Shown here in pieces: positions 47,955 through 52,510 of a stretch of DNA of 52,510 bases. The DNA is taken from the NCBI GenBank assembly GCA_964552045.1, contig CAZKFF010000009.1:1-52510 (forward strand), given 5' to 3'. Each line of letters opens with the position of its first letter. The first letter of the stretch is position 1. The position numbers and the translations under genes are program-made. Below the pieces are notes generated by a model. That model did not search any database. It had not been told where the DNA came from and saw only the letters and a list, made by a program, of their open reading frames with translations. The DNA comes from an uncultured Candidatus Saccharibacteria bacterium. GTDB taxonomy: Bacteria > Patescibacteriota > Minisyncoccia > Phycocordibacterales > UBA918.

Positions 47955-48632
47955 ATGGATATCACCGAAGACATAGTGCTCATAGATAAGCCAAGCGGCA
48001 TGACGTCTTTTGATGTGATCAGGGTGCTCCGTAAACAGACAGGGATCAGAAAATTCGGTCATGCCGGTACGCTTGATCCACTGGCTTCGGGCCTCATGAT
48101 CATCGGCGTCGAGAAAGGAACCAAGAAGCTCAATGAATATTTGAAACTGGATAAGGAATACGTTGCTGAGGTACGTCTGGGGGAAAGCACCACAACCGAT
48201 GACCTTGAAGGCGACGTCATACAAACCCAGGAGGTCGAGGAGATCAGCACCGCTGATATTGCTGAGTCACTTGCCGCGCTCCTTGGCACGATTGCGCTTC
48301 CGGTGTCTGCGTACTCTGCATTGAAGCGAAACGGGAAACCACTGTACAAACTTGCGCGGCAGGCTGCTCAAACTGGTGGAGTCTTTACCGACGTGCCGGT
48401 GCGCGACATGCGCGTTTTTGAGGCACAACTGCTTAGTGATGAGCCGCTGATCGTCAATGGCAAGAGACGGCATACCATCCGCGTGCGCTTCAGGGTGGGA
48501 AGCGGGACGTATATCCGATCGCTCGCAAAAGAGTTGGGGCGTCTTTTGGGTTACCCGGCAACACTGCAGACGTTGCGGCGCACCAAAATAGGGGAGTTTT
48601 CTGTGGAAGAGGCGCAAAAGCTCGCCGTCTAG
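47955..48632 (+). CDS. truB: tRNA pseudouridine(55) synthase
   Basis: DKPSGMTSFDV, GHAGTLDPLASG and GTYIRSLA motifs. Confidence 0.96.
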   Translation: MDITEDIVLIDKPSGMTSFDVIRVLRKQTGIRKFGHAGTLDPLASGLMIIGVEKGTKKLNEYLKLDKEYVAEVRLGESTTTDDLEGDVIQTQEVEEISTADIAESLAALLGTIALPVSAYSALKRNGKPLYKLARQAAQTGGVFTDVPVRDMRVFEAQLLSDEPLIVNGKRRHTIRVRFRVGSGTYIRSLAKELGRLLGYPATLQTLRRTKIGEFSVEEAQKLAV

Positions 48633-48693
48633 ACACTCCGTTATACCCATTTCCTCCCCAATTTTCCCCAGTTTTCTCGCTATAATGACGGTA

Positions 48694-51600
48694 ATGGGGG
48701 TATACAACACCCGGGGTTTACTGCCACAGAGCACCCTGTGTTTTTCTGCTATTTTCGCTATGCTCATGTTTTTGTGCACACCACTGTTCGCTCACGCCGG
48801 CGGCTCGCTTTTGGTGAATACCTGGTGCGTGGCTACCGCATTCTTTGGCCACCCGTGCGAGAAAACGCCGACCTTTCCCAAGGAAGAGGAACGCTCCCGG
48901 GCACCCTCTGGCCTGCAGCTGCAGACTGCACCGGCGCCCTCGGTGAACATTTACCAAACTTATCCGGTTACGGTTGTGTACAAGCCGCTGTCCACACAAG
49001 AAAAGACTGCAGGCTCCATGACTGTGGAATACCAGACACTGCCGCCGGCCCCTGCAGTTGCCGGAGCAGCGACCTCAACAATTGCGTATACACCGCTGTC
49101 CCTTTTCAAAAAGCAGGTGGAGAAACTCGGAGACAACATCGGCGACCGTATCGCCGGAGCTGTGAAGCGCCTGGAGGAAGACCTGCGGGAATCGTTCGAA
49201 ACTGCTGCGCTGGTACTCACCGGCAGTCTTACTGACGGTACAGGTTCAACGGGCTCAAGTGGATACCTTCTGCAGTCCACTGGGTCTGGGGTTGCGTGGG
49301 TGGCCACTTCGACCATAGGGGACTCCACGTCGCTTGAGGATCTCAATGACGTTGCATCAATGGTGCAGGCAACCGGCGACCTGCTTCTGTGGGACGGCAC
49401 CGCGTGGACCAGCGCGGCCACCGCAACGCTCGGGCATATGGCGCCTGCAGACATAGACACCTCCGCCGAGCTTGCTGACGTACTTACCGATGAAACGGGG
49501 ACTGGAAACGCAGTGTTCTCGAATTCACCGACAGTAACCGGCGTGGCCACGTTAGCCAATGCCTCAACAACAAATCTTTCAATTGCGAATCGTTTGTATG
49601 TCTCCTCGCTTGTTGACGGTTGTGTCGAGATGGTCTCCGGACGTCTCACTTCTATAGGAGCGAATTGTGGCACAGGCTCTGGAGGGATAACGTCTCTCAA
49701 TGGGCTGACAAACTCCTCTCAAACTTTTGCAACGTCGACTTCAGGCGGTATCGATCTGCGCATCACCTCGGGGGCAGGAGTCCACACATTCACTGCCAAT
49801 CCGACAAGCGGCTACTCTGTGCCACTCACGGCCTCAACTACGAACTGGAACGCGTTCTACAATACGCCATCAACTCGCATCGCTGACGGTATCGGCCTCA
49901 CATGGAGCGGTGCCACGCTCAGTGTGGATGATGCGTATCTGCTGAATACCGGCGACACTGCAACTGGTAACTACACATTCGATACCGACACGTTCTTCAT
50001 CGATGCAGGGAACAATAGGGTGGGCATCGGCACCACGACTCCTGCTCAGACACTTTCCGTTTCGGGCGCTGTTGAGGCAACAGGAGCGATTGGTTCCGGT
50101 AGACCATCAGACCATTGGACTACCACCAACTCTTATTATGGAGTGGGGAATGTCGGGCAGCTCGATACACATGGGTCATATCGAGTGTCGCTTACATCAA
50201 ATGGATATCGGGACTCTGGCGGAACATGGACATCTCTTGGTGCGAATGGAAATGTTGGCGCAGCACAGATAGAGCTCGATCCAACTGGTTTTATTGCGTT
50301 TAAGACGGATGTTTCTAAAACTACCGGAAGCAGCGTGAGTGTGTCTGAACGTCTGCGTATTGATAGCGCTGGTAATGTCGGCATCGGCGATACGACCCCG
50401 TCGTATCTGCTGGACATCGCTGGGGACGCTCGCGCTACTAGTAAAATCTGGATAAAGGATAGTGGTACGATTGGTTCTGTGGCACTCGCAAGCGGCAGTG
50501 GAACAAATACAGGTTACCTTGAATGGCGATTGCCAGCAGATGATGGTGCTTTAGGTACGCGACTCGGCTATCTCGGTTGGAGTACAAGTAATGTGGCACT
50601 TACGCTTGAAAACGGGTCCGATTTCACAATAACCGGCGGCAACATGGACGTGAACGGCAGCCTTGAAGCCAATACGTTGACCGAAAATGGCTCAGCAGTA
50701 CTCTCGGTCGGCAATCTCGACACCTGTGCGGAGTTCGCAGCGCTCGGCTCAATCGAGACAGGCTCGTGCGGTTCGCTCGTATTCTCGGTGTCACCGACAC
50801 TGACCGGTACGCTTACGTCTGACGCTGCGAACTTTTCGGGTAATGTAAATGTATCTTCTGCAGCTCAACTTGGTGCGGAAGTTATCAGAGCTGTGGATGG
50901 GAATGGAATCGCGATTGGTGGAGGGGAAACGTATCCACAGTTGGATTCCAATATGGGCACCGCAGAATATGTCTGGTTGGGTGGAGAAAGTGGCATAAAA
51001 ATCATTTCATCGTCGGACAACTGGGCGGGAGGATGGGCTACCAGGAATGAGGCGACTCTGGTCGATAGTGGCGGCAATTCATCTTTCCCCGGAGACGTCA
51101 CGGTGCAGGATCTCATTATGACTGGACAGACTATAAACGGCCGTGCTGACAACAACTTCGTCATTAAATCGGATACCGACCTCTATCTTGATTTGGACGA
51201 TGATGCTGGCAACAACAGCGATCTCTTCATAAGAGATAATGCGAACGCAGTCGCTTTTCAGTTCAATGAGAATGGAGCGTTCTATGCGCCGAGCCTCACC
51301 GCCTCTGAAGCGAACTCGGCAAGTTTTAGTACTCTTTGTTACCGGGAATCTGATGGTTTATTCATCGCAGACGATGATAGCGTATGTATCTCCTCATCAG
51401 CACGCTTCAAGCATGACATAGCGGAGCTTGACATCGACGGATTGTCATACGTTCGCGCGATGAAGCCGTCGTCATACATCTATAATGAAGGCGAAGATCA
51501 AAGTACCTTTTATGGACTCATCGCCGAAGATATAGCGGCTATCGATCCGCATCTTGCCGATTATGACCCTGAAGGACTGCCGGAAGATTTCTACGATCGT

Positions 51601-52263
51601 GCGGTTCTTGCTGTGGTGGTGAAAGCGGTGCAGGAACTCGATGTCCGAACCGAGCTTATGGCGTTTGTACCGGAGGAAGAAATGGCCGCTCTCTGGAAAT
51701 CCATGACCACGCTCGCGCAGAACTTCGTTGACGGCGCGCTCACCATAACCGGCATAAAAGTCGAGTATGTCCAGAGCGACAAGGTCGAGACGAAGGAGCT
51801 GTGTGTGGGCAGCGTCTGCGTCGATGAGGATACATTTCTTGAAATGGCCGAGCTTGCAAACAGCACATACGCGCTTGAGCAGGAGGAAGAATCAGAAGAA
51901 GGTACGGAGCTGGAAGCCGAAGAACAGCAACCTCCTGCAGAAGAATCGTCTGTCGAAGAGAGCGAAGATACAGGGGTCCAGGGAGGCACAGACGATCAGC
52001 TTGGAAGTGAAGCGCAGACAGACATACAGATAGGAGGGACAGAAGAAGATCACACAAACGAAGGGGAGACAGCCGCGAATGATGAGCCGGCACCAACAGA
52101 TGGGGAAGAGGCAGAACAGGAGCAGGGACAGCCTCCGGAGGAGGGAAAGACGAACGAAAAGTCCTCTGTCGGAGAGGTTACGCAGGACGTCACAACAACA
52201 GCCGGAGAAGAGATCGAGGAAATAACTGACGAAAATACCGCCGCAGAACATGCAGGTGTATAA
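48694..52263 (+). CDS. Large surface protein with tail-fibre-like repeats and an S74-type intramolecular chaperone domain
   Basis: N-terminal hydrophobic segment; RVGIGTTTP and GNVGIGDTTP repeats; SSARFKHDI...GLIAEDI...VKAVQEL chaperone pattern; acidic tail; start at 48685 or 48694. Confidence 0.8.
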   Translation: MGVYNTRGLLPQSTLCFSAIFAMLMFLCTPLFAHAGGSLLVNTWCVATAFFGHPCEKTPTFPKEEERSRAPSGLQLQTAPAPSVNIYQTYPVTVVYKPLSTQEKTAGSMTVEYQTLPPAPAVAGAATSTIAYTPLSLFKKQVEKLGDNIGDRIAGAVKRLEEDLRESFETAALVLTGSLTDGTGSTGSSGYLLQSTGSGVAWVATSTIGDSTSLEDLNDVASMVQATGDLLLWDGTAWTSAATATLGHMAPADIDTSAELADVLTDETGTGNAVFSNSPTVTGVATLANASTTNLSIANRLYVSSLVDGCVEMVSGRLTSIGANCGTGSGGITSLNGLTNSSQTFATSTSGGIDLRITSGAGVHTFTANPTSGYSVPLTASTTNWNAFYNTPSTRIADGIGLTWSGATLSVDDAYLLNTGDTATGNYTFDTDTFFIDAGNNRVGIGTTTPAQTLSVSGAVEATGAIGSGRPSDHWTTTNSYYGVGNVGQLDTHGSYRVSLTSNGYRDSGGTWTSLGANGNVGAAQIELDPTGFIAFKTDVSKTTGSSVSVSERLRIDSAGNVGIGDTTPSYLLDIAGDARATSKIWIKDSGTIGSVALASGSGTNTGYLEWRLPADDGALGTRLGYLGWSTSNVALTLENGSDFTITGGNMDVNGSLEANTLTENGSAVLSVGNLDTCAEFAALGSIETGSCGSLVFSVSPTLTGTLTSDAANFSGNVNVSSAAQLGAEVIRAVDGNGIAIGGGETYPQLDSNMGTAEYVWLGGESGIKIISSSDNWAGGWATRNEATLVDSGGNSSFPGDVTVQDLIMTGQTINGRADNNFVIKSDTDLYLDLDDDAGNNSDLFIRDNANAVAFQFNENGAFYAPSLTASEANSASFSTLCYRESDGLFIADDDSVCISSSARFKHDIAELDIDGLSYVRAMKPSSYIYNEGEDQSTFYGLIAEDIAAIDPHLADYDPEGLPEDFYDRAVLAVVVKAVQELDVRTELMAFVPEEEMAALWKSMTTLAQNFVDGALTITGIKVEYVQSDKVETKELCVGSVCVDEDTFLEMAELANSTYALEQEEESEEGTELEAEEQQPPAEESSVEESEDTGVQGGTDDQLGSEAQTDIQIGGTEEDHTNEGETAANDEPAPTDGEEAEQEQGQPPEEGKTNEKSSVGEVTQDVTTTAGEEIEEITDENTAAEHAGV

Positions 52264-52343
52264 GCAATGCTGAGATTCAGAACTCGTCTGGTAAACTACA
52301 CATAGGTTCTCCCGCCACAAATACGGAGGCCTACAGAATTTGG

Positions 52344-52510
52344 ATGGAGTCAATATATAGACGCTTTTTCGCTTTTAGGAACTTCCTGATGGTGGCTTTT
52401 CTCATAGGCATAGCGTTCGGCTTTTTCCTGTTGCCGTATATTGCGCTTGGAGCGATCAACCCCACCATCAACTACCAAGGAAAACTCACCGCTTCAACAT
52501 CCGCAGCGGT
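52344..52510 (+). CDS. Partial gene (runs off the window), probable surface protein
   Basis: MESIYRRFF... hydrophobic segment followed by AINPTINYQGKLT. Confidence 0.55.
   Translation, partial: MESIYRRFFAFRNFLMVAFLIGIAFGFFLLPYIALGAINPTINYQGKLTASTSAA

Noticed and set aside
48694-52263. Prophage call based on the tail-fibre-like gene
   Set aside because: No capsid, terminase, portal or integrase nearby; the protein has an N-terminal hydrophobic export/anchor segment.
1-52510. Alternative genetic code (UGA=Gly, as in Gracilibacteria/Absconditabacteria)
   Set aside because: Conserved genes are uninterrupted under code 11, and several end at TGA (e.g. fmt, rsmH, Pif1 helicase).

Overview
This is a bacterial chromosome segment (translation table 11). 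Gene content and style point to a Patescibacteria/CPR genome, probably Parcubacteria (inference: class I LysRS, short ProRS, degenerate PriA, short HolB-like protein, HTH-MurA fusion, VirD4-like ATPase cluster, two mreB copies, minimal dcw cluster). Most of the window is housekeeping: hpf, fmt, def, priA, murA, mreB x2, mreC, PBP2, frr, rseP, proS, greA, lysS, uppS, mraZ-rsmH-ftsL-ftsI-murF, bcp, Pif1 helicase, truB. Between these lie orphan genes, very acidic secreted proteins and a tail-fibre-like surface protein. The most notable region is a ~3.25 kb low-GC island (36628-39880) at the 3' end of a tRNA-Glu(CTC). It has an att-like tRNA-end copy interrupted by a GAA/TTC-hairpin element, a serine-recombinase remnant, a perfect 90-bp direct repeat around an AT-rich palindromic spacer, and a tightly coupled four-gene operon. 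The operon encodes winged-helix-like proteins, the last fused to a PLD-like nuclease domain, and is a candidate undescribed defence system. Other highlights are a 20-bp palindromic operator in the HTH-MurA promoter, an unannotated Flp pilin, widespread leaderless-type promoters, and a structured proS leader. All product calls come from motif recognition by eye; no database searches were run.
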